Shown in pieces: positions 1 to 10,316 of a stretch of 64,000 bases of DNA. The stretch spans positions 1 through 64,000 of IMG/VR virus record IMGVR_UViG_3300042463_000890; one strand, given 5' to 3'. This DNA comes from a virus. The notes under the pieces are model-generated. The model saw nothing but the letters and a program-made list of their open reading frames with translations. It was not told the origin of the DNA and did not search any database. Made by a program: the position numbers and the translations under genes. Within the stretch, counting starts at the first letter, position 1. Each line of letters starts with the position of its first letter.

Positions 1-290
1 GCAACATCAGAATTTAAGTAATATAAATTATTTTCAAATGGTGGATAATTAGTTTGACCACTATAGGAATTATTAAATAATAGAGCGAATTTAGCCGTAG
101 GTCTAAATATATCAGACTTTTGACGTTCATCATCATATACTTGTTCTAATCCAACATCAATACTTCTATCAAATTCGGTTATTTCTTTAGTATTTTGTAC
201 TAAAGGAACCTGAAAAAATAAATTAGTGTCAGGAGCTGATTTATACCTTAATGAACCTAAAACAACTCGTGTATCAATTCTATTACCCAT
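1..290 (-). CDS. Partial hypothetical protein (probably virion structural), runs off the window start
   Basis: ATG at 290-288, just after the stop of the 1707-aa ORF. Open frame MGNRIDTRVVLGSLRYKSAPDTNLFFQVPLVQNTKEITEFDRSIDV... to position 1. Not in the ORF track. Confidence 0.75.
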   Translation of the reverse strand, partial: MGNRIDTRVVLGSLRYKSAPDTNLFFQVPLVQNTKEITEFDRSIDVGLEQVYDDERQKSDIFRPTAKFALLFNNSYSGQTNYPPFENNLYYLNSDV

Positions 291-291
291 A

Positions 292-3200
292 TTAATCAGT
301 TATAGTTTCAAAGTTTATCCATTGTTTTGCAAATCTATCAAAAGCGGTTTTACCTTTTTTAAGTCCAAAGTAAAAGTGTTGCGGAGCTCCAACTGTTATA
401 ATCCTTTCTGATGAACTCCAAGGTGCCGCGTTAGGAGATTGTGATGTCCAAATTGGTTCAAGGTCTCCTGAGCCATCTACGGAATAAATATATCCTTTAA
501 AGTACTGTGTTTGAGAGTTTCCATTTGTTCTAAAATATCTAGAATTTGGTTGTAGTCTATCCATAGATTGGTACCTGTACTGTAAATATGAAGAATTTAA
601 AGGTTGTGTATACCAATCATTTGATTGAGAGCCGAAAATGGTGTCGGGGCCAGCGTTAGGTGGTGATGGTGTTTTTACATTCCATTGATAAAAAGGAACT
701 ACTTGGGAAAAGACTCTAAAATAATTAAATGCACATGGGTCAGTTACAGTGGCCGTTGGTGAAATAATTGTTCTTTTTGGTGTAATAAAGTCTCTTAATT
801 GTGTATCAGATGAAAAAAAGATTCCAAAAATAACGTCTTCATCATCCCCCCATCCAAAGTATATTGGGTCTTGTCCCGTTACTGGAGGATAATTTCCAGC
901 GTCAAAATCTGAAATTCCTAATTCGGAACTTATCGATATCATTTGAGCGTAATCTCCGTCCACAAAATTTTTACTCCTTCTGTCAAAATATGTTAACACA
1001 TTCGCTCCTCCCCCTCCAAAAAGAGATTCTAAAAATTTGGTATTGGTCAATCTATTAAGTATAAATAAATTCAAGATATCCTCTATGTCGGTAAATGATG
1101 TGTCATTTAATCTGTTCATAACGTAACCATCATAATCATCTGACATCACCAATTCTTGTAAATAAAAAGTTCTAGGACCTAAATCTAAAATTGTCGTAGG
1201 ATACTTTAAATTACGATAGTTACCCCCATACCCTCCAAAAATACCTGTTGGTGGGTTTGAACCAATAAAATTAGTCCCATCATATGGGCTACTTCTATAA
1301 TAAAAGTTATTTGTCGGGTGTAGGTACATGGTGTCTCTACAGTATTCAGAATAAGGTTGGTTTGGTGGATTTGCGGTAGGACTAGTGAAAAATCTATCGT
1401 TCTTGAATGAGAATGCGTATAATGTACCATTTATCCAATTATTAGTAAAAATGTGCGAGAACACATTTCTACATGCCGCAAAGGTTATTTGAATTCTAGA
1501 CGACCACTCAGTTAAAAGTTCAAAATCTTTACCATTAACTAAAGTACCTAAAATAGATGATACTAAAATATAACACCCGTTTTCCATAATAGGTCTACCT
1601 TCAACACCATTTTCATAACATGATGCAGGATTTGCAAAATAAGTAACTTCACCATTAGGTAATGTATAATAACATCCCAATGGTACCATATCAGAACAAT
1701 TAAAAGTGTTTAATATATTCTGAGGGTCTGGTAATTCAGCGTTATTTTCCAATCCTTCTTGAGGGTCTCCAGCTGATGGTGTATTTTGAGATTGTGGTTG
1801 GTTCTGACTAGTCCCGTCATCCTCAATCAGGTATATCGCAAAATTAGGATTACCATGAAGTGCATAACTATTATTTAAAATATCTTTAGTCGATGTAGAT
1901 GTTGGTAATCTATCGGACCTCATAACAATTTGATTGTTAGTTACAGTTACGTTGTTATTAAACTGAAACAATGTAATTGCATATCTTGGTGAATAAAGGA
2001 AACCTGTTTGGATTGGTGTGGTGAAAGGAACTGCGACACTTCTTTGTAGGAAAGCAGAACCGCCTTCAACACTCTCATTATCGTAATATCCTCTAGTAAC
2101 ACCCATAGCGGTATTAGTTTGGTCGTTATAGAAAGTACAACCTGGTAATGGTACTAAAGAGGTGTATTGAATCGTAAAACCATTAAATTGAGGTGGTGAG
2201 CTCCAAGGTTTAATTCTTGTTCCGTAAGTCGCGTTTGGGTTAACAACAAAAGCACCTAATGTTCCAGGAGATGACCCCCCAGGGTTAAACCCTAAATTGG
2301 TACCATCTAAACTTGAATAATAACTTGGTAAGTTAGAGGTGAATGCGGTAAATACCGCTCCTGGTCCGACAACCGATGGTTGGAAATGGAATGAGTCGTA
2401 ATAAAGATTTAACCCTGTTGAATTTGCGGTATCCGTTACTGTGGTATCCGCAATCATATTTGTATGTGATACTGATTTGTAACTACCTTGTATAGGATAA
2501 TTCATTTTATAATCACCCGTTACTACGAATTGCCCTGCGTTATGGTAGAAATTATAACCAAATAATACACTCAAGTCATAAGTATGTTGTCTTCTTGAGG
2601 TGTTTGGGTCTACCCCTCTAACTAAAAACACTACTCCTTGTTGGTTGGCATCACTAAAATATGTCATAGGATTAACATCTCCAGTACTTACCCAACATCC
2701 AGTTGTGGAATCAACAAGGTTCCATCTCATTACATTATTAAGATATCTGTTAAGTAATGATTGTGGGTTAGCAGGGTTTGATACTGAAGAAAAAGTCCCG
2801 TATGTCATTGCAGTAATGACTTGGAAATATTCCATGTCCATACCAAACTTATGGTAATTAGCATCATCAGGGTCTTGAGTTATTACGTAAAGTGCGTTTG
2901 GTTGACTTGTTAAAGTACCTGAACCTGCTGGGTCAGCGTAAGATATTTGAATTGGTGTTGGCCCTACATTTATAGTAACTCCAGTCATTGACGATGTACC
3001 AAATTGATTCCAACTTGTAAACCCTGTTAAATTTACGTCTTGACTTAATAAAGGGTCTTGGAATGTCACCAATTTTCCTGGGGTAAGTTGTGATAATTGT
3101 GCAGGTACAACTGAAATTGCAATTACGTTATCTAAATGCCATTTATCAGATGGCAATGGAGATGTCGTAGTTGGTGCGATATTAACATCTGACTCAAAAG

Positions 3201-5415
3201 TAACTCTTATCCTATTAACTCCTCCACCAGGATTATTAGGTCCCGCGTCGAAGTATTTTGCTTTAGTATTAAACAGGTTAAGTCTTTCTGATGTTGTTAA
3301 ACTGTTTGTAAATATAGAATTACTTGTAGTGTCATCATAAGGTAAAAGTTGTGGAACATATGCTTGGATGGTGGGAGCATTTGGGTCATTTGATGACCCT
3401 GCGAATAATTGACCAATTATCAAAGGATATGTGAATGAGCTACCGTTTAATAATTCAGCATATTGACCTGATTGACTAAATTTTGATAAAGCGGAATTTA
3501 AACCGATTTCTTCAAATAATGTATCAACATTTCCACCAGCCCCTGATGGGTCAACAGGTCCTGGGTCAGGATTTCCACCTTGTTTACAATCACATAATTC
3601 ACAATCAGAATAAGATAAATTTGGTATTGCTATATTTGTAAAATATTTGTATAAATCCAACATTTGTTCAACCAAAGCATATTGGTCGACACATTTTTGA
3701 CAATCGTCATTTAAACATCCCCCACAAAACGCTGAGACTATATAACAAACTACGACAATAATTGTTAATACAATAGCAACTATTACCGCTAATATAGGTC
3801 CTAAAATATATTTTAAAAGAAACGCTAAAATGTGAACAATAACTATTAAAACATATAAAATAGGTTTAAATAAAAAAATCATTATCACAAAAAGTAGATA
3901 AATCAAATCAAACCTTAATATTGAATCATTGTTTGGAAATTTAACGTTTTCACTTTCACAAACATCATCTAAGTTATTTTTAATGGATACCATTCTATTA
4001 GGGAGATATCCTTTTCTATATTGGTCAATTAATTGTGAAACAGTATAAACTTTATTATAAACCATAGGATAGAACCTGTCTTCACAATCAATAGCTTCTT
4101 GGAGCATTTGTAACCCAATAGGTGTTAATGGGTCTCCGTAGTCTTCCCAATCTAAACTAAAAGCATATGAATTTCTAGCATTAACAAAGTCAGCAATTGA
4201 TGCGGGGTTTTGAAGGGGGTCGGTACTTGAGTTTATCCAACCATATTCTTTAATATTAGGAACTAAAAAATAACCTCTCTTGACAGGTTCATTTAATGTT
4301 GGTTCTTGATTCCATTTAACTTTAAATCTGTACTTACCTTTAGTTGGAATTCCTTTTGATGGGTCATTAGATATAACTCTTTCACCAAACTCATTAGTTA
4401 CCACATAATCTAAATTCATAGGAACATCCACCATCCACGCTCCATTTTCGTCAATAACTTGACCTCCTTGTTCTAACTCAAAAGTTTCTAATACAGGTCT
4501 TCCATTTATATCCTGTTGTATTGTTTGTCGTATCGCCAAAATTTCACCAGGACCTGTTACCAAATTACATAAATTGCCTTGTTTTAATTTAGGCTTACAA
4601 TTTTTTTTCATGAATTGGTCATCATTTGATGAGATAATTGAACCCATGAAAATGGCGGTAGGTGTTATAGTAATATTAGCTTCTGCAGTTAAATCAAAAT
4701 CAGTTCTAGTTATCCCTATATTACAAATTTCGGGTTGTCCCCAAAGAGGTTCAACTTCGATAGTTCTATTAATTGAAACGATTTGTGGTAATTCGTTAAG
4801 GTTATTTGAACTTTTAAATTTAGTTCCCGCAACTTGAGCAGGTGTTGCAACACCCATTCTAACTAAATCTTGTGGTGATAATGAAAATTCACCTATGTCA
4901 GATAAATCGATATCTACGTGTATTGTTTGTGACCCAATAGGTACACCAAAAATCATATAATCCCCACTATCGTTTGTTCTTGCAGTATAACGATAATATT
5001 TGTCATAGACCTCTATTAAAGTTTGGTCTAATAAAACGTCTTCTCTATCGAAAAAAGTACCTGTAGGATTATGTCCACTATGTTGTTGTACGTATGGTAA
5101 TAAATTATATCTATAACCATCCTCATTTAATTCTGTTAAATTTTTATAAGGGTATAAATCGGCAATAATTGGATTTTCTTCATCTTCTGAAGTTAGGGGT
5201 ACAAAAATTGAAACCTTGACATTAGGGATACCGAACCCATCGTTTGCGGTTACCCTACCAATTACAACACCATAATCAGAACATGGTCTTGTATAAATTT
5301 GACTCTGTAGAATTTTTAAAGACAATATCTCTAAAAACTCAAAGTCTTGGTCTAAAAGTACTTTTAATGATTTATCAACACCTACTTGTGTTCTTATCCT
5401 ATATGAATTCGACAT
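292..5415 (-). CDS. Large putative baseplate/virion structural protein (1707 aa) with an N-terminal beta-sandwich-like region and an internal hydrophobic segment
   Basis: Long ORF directly downstream of the gp6-like wedge gene. N-terminal VIGRVTANDGFGIPNVKVSI...ARTNDSGDYMIFGVPIG resembles a carboxypeptidase-regulatory-like beta sandwich. About 60 hydrophobic residues near aa 500-560. Confidence 0.6.
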   Translation of the reverse strand: MSNSYRIRTQVGVDKSLKVLLDQDFEFLEILSLKILQSQIYTRPCSDYGVVIGRVTANDGFGIPNVKVSIFVPLTSEDEENPIIADLYPYKNLTELNEDGYRYNLLPYVQQHSGHNPTGTFFDREDVLLDQTLIEVYDKYYRYTARTNDSGDYMIFGVPIGSQTIHVDIDLSDIGEFSLSPQDLVRMGVATPAQVAGTKFKSSNNLNELPQIVSINRTIEVEPLWGQPEICNIGITRTDFDLTAEANITITPTAIFMGSIISSNDDQFMKKNCKPKLKQGNLCNLVTGPGEILAIRQTIQQDINGRPVLETFELEQGGQVIDENGAWMVDVPMNLDYVVTNEFGERVISNDPSKGIPTKGKYRFKVKWNQEPTLNEPVKRGYFLVPNIKEYGWINSSTDPLQNPASIADFVNARNSYAFSLDWEDYGDPLTPIGLQMLQEAIDCEDRFYPMVYNKVYTVSQLIDQYRKGYLPNRMVSIKNNLDDVCESENVKFPNNDSILRFDLIYLLFVIMIFLFKPILYVLIVIVHILAFLLKYILGPILAVIVAIVLTIIVVVCYIVSAFCGGCLNDDCQKCVDQYALVEQMLDLYKYFTNIAIPNLSYSDCELCDCKQGGNPDPGPVDPSGAGGNVDTLFEEIGLNSALSKFSQSGQYAELLNGSSFTYPLIIGQLFAGSSNDPNAPTIQAYVPQLLPYDDTTSNSIFTNSLTTSERLNLFNTKAKYFDAGPNNPGGGVNRIRVTFESDVNIAPTTTSPLPSDKWHLDNVIAISVVPAQLSQLTPGKLVTFQDPLLSQDVNLTGFTSWNQFGTSSMTGVTINVGPTPIQISYADPAGSGTLTSQPNALYVITQDPDDANYHKFGMDMEYFQVITAMTYGTFSSVSNPANPQSLLNRYLNNVMRWNLVDSTTGCWVSTGDVNPMTYFSDANQQGVVFLVRGVDPNTSRRQHTYDLSVLFGYNFYHNAGQFVVTGDYKMNYPIQGSYKSVSHTNMIADTTVTDTANSTGLNLYYDSFHFQPSVVGPGAVFTAFTSNLPSYYSSLDGTNLGFNPGGSSPGTLGAFVVNPNATYGTRIKPWSSPPQFNGFTIQYTSLVPLPGCTFYNDQTNTAMGVTRGYYDNESVEGGSAFLQRSVAVPFTTPIQTGFLYSPRYAITLFQFNNNVTVTNNQIVMRSDRLPTSTSTKDILNNSYALHGNPNFAIYLIEDDGTSQNQPQSQNTPSAGDPQEGLENNAELPDPQNILNTFNCSDMVPLGCYYTLPNGEVTYFANPASCYENGVEGRPIMENGCYILVSSILGTLVNGKDFELLTEWSSRIQITFAACRNVFSHIFTNNWINGTLYAFSFKNDRFFTSPTANPPNQPYSEYCRDTMYLHPTNNFYYRSSPYDGTNFIGSNPPTGIFGGYGGNYRNLKYPTTILDLGPRTFYLQELVMSDDYDGYVMNRLNDTSFTDIEDILNLFILNRLTNTKFLESLFGGGGANVLTYFDRRSKNFVDGDYAQMISISSELGISDFDAGNYPPVTGQDPIYFGWGDDEDVIFGIFFSSDTQLRDFITPKRTIISPTATVTDPCAFNYFRVFSQVVPFYQWNVKTPSPPNAGPDTIFGSQSNDWYTQPLNSSYLQYRYQSMDRLQPNSRYFRTNGNSQTQYFKGYIYSVDGSGDLEPIWTSQSPNAAPWSSSERIITVGAPQHFYFGLKKGKTAFDRFAKQWINFETITD

Positions 5416-5488
5416 TCTTTATCTTTTTTGATAAATAGTTTATGGTCTATTTTACAAAAGATAAATCACTTTTTTATAAAATAAATTA

Positions 5489-7327
5489 TCAAGAGAAATT
5501 AACAGTTTTAAGATTCTTAACTCTTACAATTACATCTTTACTAGGAAATCTTAATTGATAGGTTTGACTTGGTTCGGCAAAAATAGTGTCATCGATTAAT
5601 TCTATTTGTTTAGTGTCCTCATTAGAATATCTTTGGGAAGTTTGAGATGACGAGTATTGTCCCCCAACTTTGTTAAACACTTGAATGTCCGCAACGGAAA
5701 TAACGCCATTTTCACTCTGTACTAACCTTCTAATTTCAGAGATATAAACATTTTGTCCCATTTGTCTATTTGAAGGACTTAAATATTCTGTAATAATATT
5801 AACTATTTGAGAAATTACCGTCCCTTGATTTTGACTATTATCTAAAACAACGTCGATATTGATTCCCAAATCAATTACATTTGCACTTTGTATTGAGATA
5901 TAGTCATTAATCATTCTATAATTTGACAAATAATTAGCAACATTATTCTTTAATGTGTTAGAGACTATTTCAGTTAAACTTCCTGATTCGTCGTACGCTA
6001 ACATTTTAATGATTATTTTATTGTTTTCTTCGGTTATCGCTACTTTTGCGGGAGCCCCAAATTGTGACGGCATTGTTCTTATTATTGAGTCATAGTCATT
6101 AATGGTTACCGCTCTATTTTGAGCCGCAAAATTAAATGCCACTAAATTTCTAACTTCTTCTGTTGTTGGTGAGGGAGCCCCTCCGATTGCCGCAGTGACA
6201 TTAGTACAAGACAATGAGTTAACCACACTTGTATTGATAGACTCTGAAGGTCCGTTGACAAAGAATGATATATTACCAATTTGAGTAATTACATTTACAC
6301 CTAAATTACTAGCCGTTCCTCCTCCAATTCTATACTGTATGAATAATGTTGAATTACCTTTTAAGGTACTACCTAACGCAAAGTTATTAGAATATTTGTA
6401 CAAATCTAATTGATACCCGTTTCTGGCAAATTCTCTCAACTGTTCGTCAGCGGATTGGGTTCCTCCACCAAAAGTCATTTTTAAAAATCCTTCAGGTGTA
6501 AATTCAGTAATAAATTTATCACTTGTCTGTATGTATCTACCAACTTTAATTCCAGGGTTGTCGGACACTTTTGTTGGGTCCTCAACAAAAACTCTATCTT
6601 CAATTAACGCTTTTACTTCATACCATCTATTATCCAATCCTAAAAATTCTTGAGCCGATGGAACGTTTGAGTATTGGGTTCCGTCTTTTAACAAAACACT
6701 TGTAACTCCCAATACATTTTTCTCAGGTAAAAATAATTCAAAAAATGGTCTAACATCGTTAGGTGTAATTACTCTTTTGAAAACTTTGGTAATCCCATTA
6801 ACAACTGTTTCTCTTTTAACAATAGTATAATTTAACAATTTGTTATTGGCGTCAAAATTAGGTATCTTTAACCTGTTTGGGAATCCTTCTGCGTTAATTG
6901 CTGAAGCGAAATCAATGTCATATACGGTTTCAAATACTTGTCCTGCACCATTTACTTGTGACCCTCTTCTTAAAATACCACAATATCTTAAATCTTCTTT
7001 ATCCCCAAAAGCAGGAACTGTTATTGAGAAGTCAACTAATGCGACTGAAGGTCTTTGTCCAGGGATTTTTAAACCGTATGTTCTTGCAATGTTAAATATT
7101 GAAGACCTTTGTTGGGCATACTGAAGTACAGTTTCTTGAATACTTCTATCTATGTTAAATTGTAAGTTGTCGGTAACCGCAGCATTTAAATCTAATAATG
7201 CCGAGAATACTGAGGCGTCGTTAAAATTATCAATCAACTCAGGATAATAAGTTCTTGTAAAATTAACAAGTTCAGTTCTAATGGATTGAAAATCCCTAGT
7301 AGTATATGATATTTTTTTATTTGCCAT
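5489..7327 (-). CDS. Baseplate wedge subunit (T4 gp6 / baseplate J-like)
   Basis: YTTRDFQSIRTELVNF N-terminus, ETVLQYAQQRSSIFNIARTYG and AAIGGA...EEVR...AQNRAVTINDY are gp6-family hallmarks. Adjacent to a gp25-like gene. Confidence 0.88.
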   Translation of the reverse strand: MANKKISYTTRDFQSIRTELVNFTRTYYPELIDNFNDASVFSALLDLNAAVTDNLQFNIDRSIQETVLQYAQQRSSIFNIARTYGLKIPGQRPSVALVDFSITVPAFGDKEDLRYCGILRRGSQVNGAGQVFETVYDIDFASAINAEGFPNRLKIPNFDANNKLLNYTIVKRETVVNGITKVFKRVITPNDVRPFFELFLPEKNVLGVTSVLLKDGTQYSNVPSAQEFLGLDNRWYEVKALIEDRVFVEDPTKVSDNPGIKVGRYIQTSDKFITEFTPEGFLKMTFGGGTQSADEQLREFARNGYQLDLYKYSNNFALGSTLKGNSTLFIQYRIGGGTASNLGVNVITQIGNISFFVNGPSESINTSVVNSLSCTNVTAAIGGAPSPTTEEVRNLVAFNFAAQNRAVTINDYDSIIRTMPSQFGAPAKVAITEENNKIIIKMLAYDESGSLTEIVSNTLKNNVANYLSNYRMINDYISIQSANVIDLGINIDVVLDNSQNQGTVISQIVNIITEYLSPSNRQMGQNVYISEIRRLVQSENGVISVADIQVFNKVGGQYSSSQTSQRYSNEDTKQIELIDDTIFAEPSQTYQLRFPSKDVIVRVKNLKTVNFS

Positions 7328-7333
7328 ATATTA

Positions 7334-7789
7334 TTAAATATTGATAATCACGAAATCACTTTCATTAAATGCAGAATCTGTGATAATATAATCTATTTTT
7401 ATTTTAGCGGTATGTTCCATTTCTCCAATACCAGGAACTTTATAAACTCTTTTATCGTCTTCAATATAAGAGCCTTTGTTTTCTTCTCCTTCAGAAGCTG
7501 GTTTTACACTTATGTTTTGAATCGTAATTCCTGGCATATATTCAGAAACAGAGTCACGAATCTCAGCTTCAATGTCTGAAAATGTTGGTCCATCCATTGG
7601 TTCAAAAATGAACTCGTATAATCGGGTTCCAAAATCAGGTAAATAATATCTAGTTCCTTTTCTTGTTAAAAGTAAGTGTACAAGATTACTTCTAATTTCA
7701 GAATCTTTATCTTCAGATAAACTTAAATAAGTTCCTTTTGCCGAATCTTGAAATGGGAAATTTATACCGTATGTTTTACCTTCTGCCAT
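7334..7789 (-). CDS. Baseplate wedge subunit, T4 gp25-like
   Basis: IRSNLVHLLLTRKGTRYYLPDFGTRLYEFIFEP is the GPW/gp25 signature. Confidence 0.9.
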   Translation of the reverse strand: MAEGKTYGINFPFQDSAKGTYLSLSEDKDSEIRSNLVHLLLTRKGTRYYLPDFGTRLYEFIFEPMDGPTFSDIEAEIRDSVSEYMPGITIQNISVKPASEGEENKGSYIEDDKRVYKVPGIGEMEHTAKIKIDYIITDSAFNESDFVIINI

Positions 7790-7831
7790 ATCTAATAAAT
7801 ATATGTCGCGATTATTTCTTATAAATAGATA

Positions 7832-7862
7832 AAAAATAAAAATCCCGACAAAGTGTCGGGAT
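7832..7862 (-). terminator. Intrinsic terminator downstream of nrdA
   Basis: Stem ATCCCGACA (7842-7850) / TGTCGGGAT (7854-7862), followed on the minus strand by a T-rich tract. Confidence 0.7.
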
Positions 7863-7873
7863 AAGTGTCGTGA

Positions 7874-10306
7874 TTAAGATGAACATCCAAAACAATCAAA
7901 TTGACTATTTTCAGGTTTTGGTGGTAGATTCATATGACTAAAATCAACTTTAGGTGGTTCAGGAGTTGTTTTTGGTTTCTCAATTTTAGAGATATCGACC
8001 GCCAAATGTTTCGCCCCTGTTGAAATCGCTTTTGTTCTTACATAGTAACAAAGAGTTTTAAGTCCTTTCTCCCAACCATAAAAATGTGATGACGATATTT
8101 TAGATAACGTTGGGTTAGCCATATAAATGTTCATTGACTGTGATTGGTCTATAAATGGAGCTCTATCTGAGGCCATAGTTATCAACTCTTTCTGAGAAAT
8201 TTCCCAAATAGTTTTGTATTTTAAAATTAAATGTTCAATACGTTTAACTTTAAAATTATATCTTTTATCTTCAGGGTCAAGGTAATTAATGAAATTAATA
8301 TTTTGAATTGAACCTTCATTTAAGATAATCTCATTTTTTAAATCCTCGCACCAAATTCCAATCTTTTCAAAATCATTAATCAAGTATTTGTTAACAATCA
8401 TAATCTCACCACCAACTACACGTCTGTTAAAGATTGCTGAGTGAGCGGGTTCTGTCATTTCATATGAACCTGTAATTTTAGCGGAAGACGCGACAGGCAT
8501 CTGAGCGGTAAATAATGAATTACAAACACCATGATTAGAGACTTCTAATTTAAGGTTATCCCAATCCCACATTCTACCTAATCCTTCATAATCTAATCCC
8601 CACATATCAAATTGAAATATTCCTTTTGACATCGGTGACCCTTCAAAATGAGCATAAGGTTTATATTCACCTGATTTACACAACTCCATACTTTCAGTGA
8701 TAGCTGCGAAATAAATTGTTTCAAAAATTTCTTTATTCAATTTTTTAGCTTCTTCAGAAGTGAATACATAATCCATTAAATAAAATACGTCCGCAAGACC
8801 TTGGGTTCCAATAGCGATTGCTCTTTGTTCTCTACCTCCCTTTTCTCCTTTAAAAGTTGAGTAGTTGTTAATATCAACCACTTTATTTAAAGCTCTAACA
8901 ACTTTTCTAACCTCACTATATAAAAGATTATAATTGAATGAACCGTCCTTAACAAAATTCTTCAATACCATGGATGATAATGTACATATCGCAGTAGTAT
9001 TTTCGTCAGTGTACTGATAAATCTCATTACAAAGATTTGATTGTTTAATTACTCCAATATTTTGATGGTTAGTCTTCTTGTTTGCATTATCTTTAGAACA
9101 AAGATATGGTACACCTGTTTCAATTTGTGATTCGATAATTTTGTTCCAAATTTCCTGTGCCTTAACTTTCTTACCAAGTCCCATAGAAACCGCTTTATTA
9201 TAATTCTGTTCGTATTCGTCACCGTAAGACTCTTGTAAAGGTTTTATACCCGCCTTTTTAATGTCATTAGGACAAAACAAATACCAATCATCATTATTTC
9301 TAACCGCCTTCATAAAATTATCAGGAATCCATAATGCAGTAAACAAATCTCTCGCTCTTAACTCTTCAGCCCCTGTATTCTTTTTAATATCTAATAGGTC
9401 AAAAATGTCTTTATGCCAAGGTTCTAAATAGATTGCCGCAGAACCAGGTCTACGTCCTTGTTGGTTAAAGAATCTTAATGATTCATTAACAATCTTCAAA
9501 TATTTTAACAATCCTCCCGCATATCCACCTGAAGATGAAATACGACTTTCTTTACTTCTAATATTTGACATAGATAGTCCGATACCTGCCGCGTCTGAAG
9601 AATACGTAGAAATGTCTCTCATAGTATTCAACAACCCTTCTCTAGAATCGGCATCGTTGTAGTGTAAAACGCAAGATGCTAACTGAGGTGTTTTAGTACC
9701 CGAATTAATCATGATTGGAGTCGCGGGTGAAATTAATTGATTAGACAATGATTTATAATATTCCAAAGCCTCTTCCCATGTTTTAGTAACCCAAAGTGCA
9801 ACTCTCATGTACATGTGTTGAGGTCTTTCGACTACAATTCCGTTTGATAATTTTAAAAGGTACATCTCTTGTAATGACCTCCAAGCAAAATAATCAAAAT
9901 TATAATCATTATCATGATTAATCGCATCGTCAATAACATTAGGACCGTATAATGCAATTGTTTGCATCAATTCACTATTAATAACTCCTTCTTGATGAAG
10001 TTTAGTCATAGTGTTTGAAAAACTTTCGTCCGTTTCTTTATGATAAGAAGATATAGCAACTGAAGATGCTAGTCTTGAATAATCGTGGTGACTACCAGTA
10101 TATGCTGCGGCAATTTCATAAATTAGTTTATCTAATTCTTTTGTTGTAATAATACCTTCAGTTGGTACTGAAGTAATAACTTTAATAAAGATTTCATCAG
10201 AATTAACGGTTAATCCTTTTGAAGCTCTTTTAATTCTGTTATAAATTTTTTGGGGATTGAAAGACGCGTCGTCCCCACTACGTTTTTTTATTCTTAGTGA
10301 CATCAT
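7874..10306 (-). CDS. nrdA: Ribonucleoside-diphosphate reductase class Ia alpha subunit with N-terminal ATP cone
   Basis: ATP cone (IKKRSGDDASFNPQKI), SPATP, QLASC, QSNLCNEI, MPVASS, DQSQS, GLKTLCYY and C-terminal CxxC (CFGCSS). Confidence 0.97.
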   Translation of the reverse strand: MMSLRIKKRSGDDASFNPQKIYNRIKRASKGLTVNSDEIFIKVITSVPTEGIITTKELDKLIYEIAAAYTGSHHDYSRLASSVAISSYHKETDESFSNTMTKLHQEGVINSELMQTIALYGPNVIDDAINHDNDYNFDYFAWRSLQEMYLLKLSNGIVVERPQHMYMRVALWVTKTWEEALEYYKSLSNQLISPATPIMINSGTKTPQLASCVLHYNDADSREGLLNTMRDISTYSSDAAGIGLSMSNIRSKESRISSSGGYAGGLLKYLKIVNESLRFFNQQGRRPGSAAIYLEPWHKDIFDLLDIKKNTGAEELRARDLFTALWIPDNFMKAVRNNDDWYLFCPNDIKKAGIKPLQESYGDEYEQNYNKAVSMGLGKKVKAQEIWNKIIESQIETGVPYLCSKDNANKKTNHQNIGVIKQSNLCNEIYQYTDENTTAICTLSSMVLKNFVKDGSFNYNLLYSEVRKVVRALNKVVDINNYSTFKGEKGGREQRAIAIGTQGLADVFYLMDYVFTSEEAKKLNKEIFETIYFAAITESMELCKSGEYKPYAHFEGSPMSKGIFQFDMWGLDYEGLGRMWDWDNLKLEVSNHGVCNSLFTAQMPVASSAKITGSYEMTEPAHSAIFNRRVVGGEIMIVNKYLINDFEKIGIWCEDLKNEIILNEGSIQNINFINYLDPEDKRYNFKVKRIEHLILKYKTIWEISQKELITMASDRAPFIDQSQSMNIYMANPTLSKISSSHFYGWEKGLKTLCYYVRTKAISTGAKHLAVDISKIEKPKTTPEPPKVDFSHMNLPPKPENSQFDCFGCSS

Positions 10307-10316
10307 AATTTAAATT

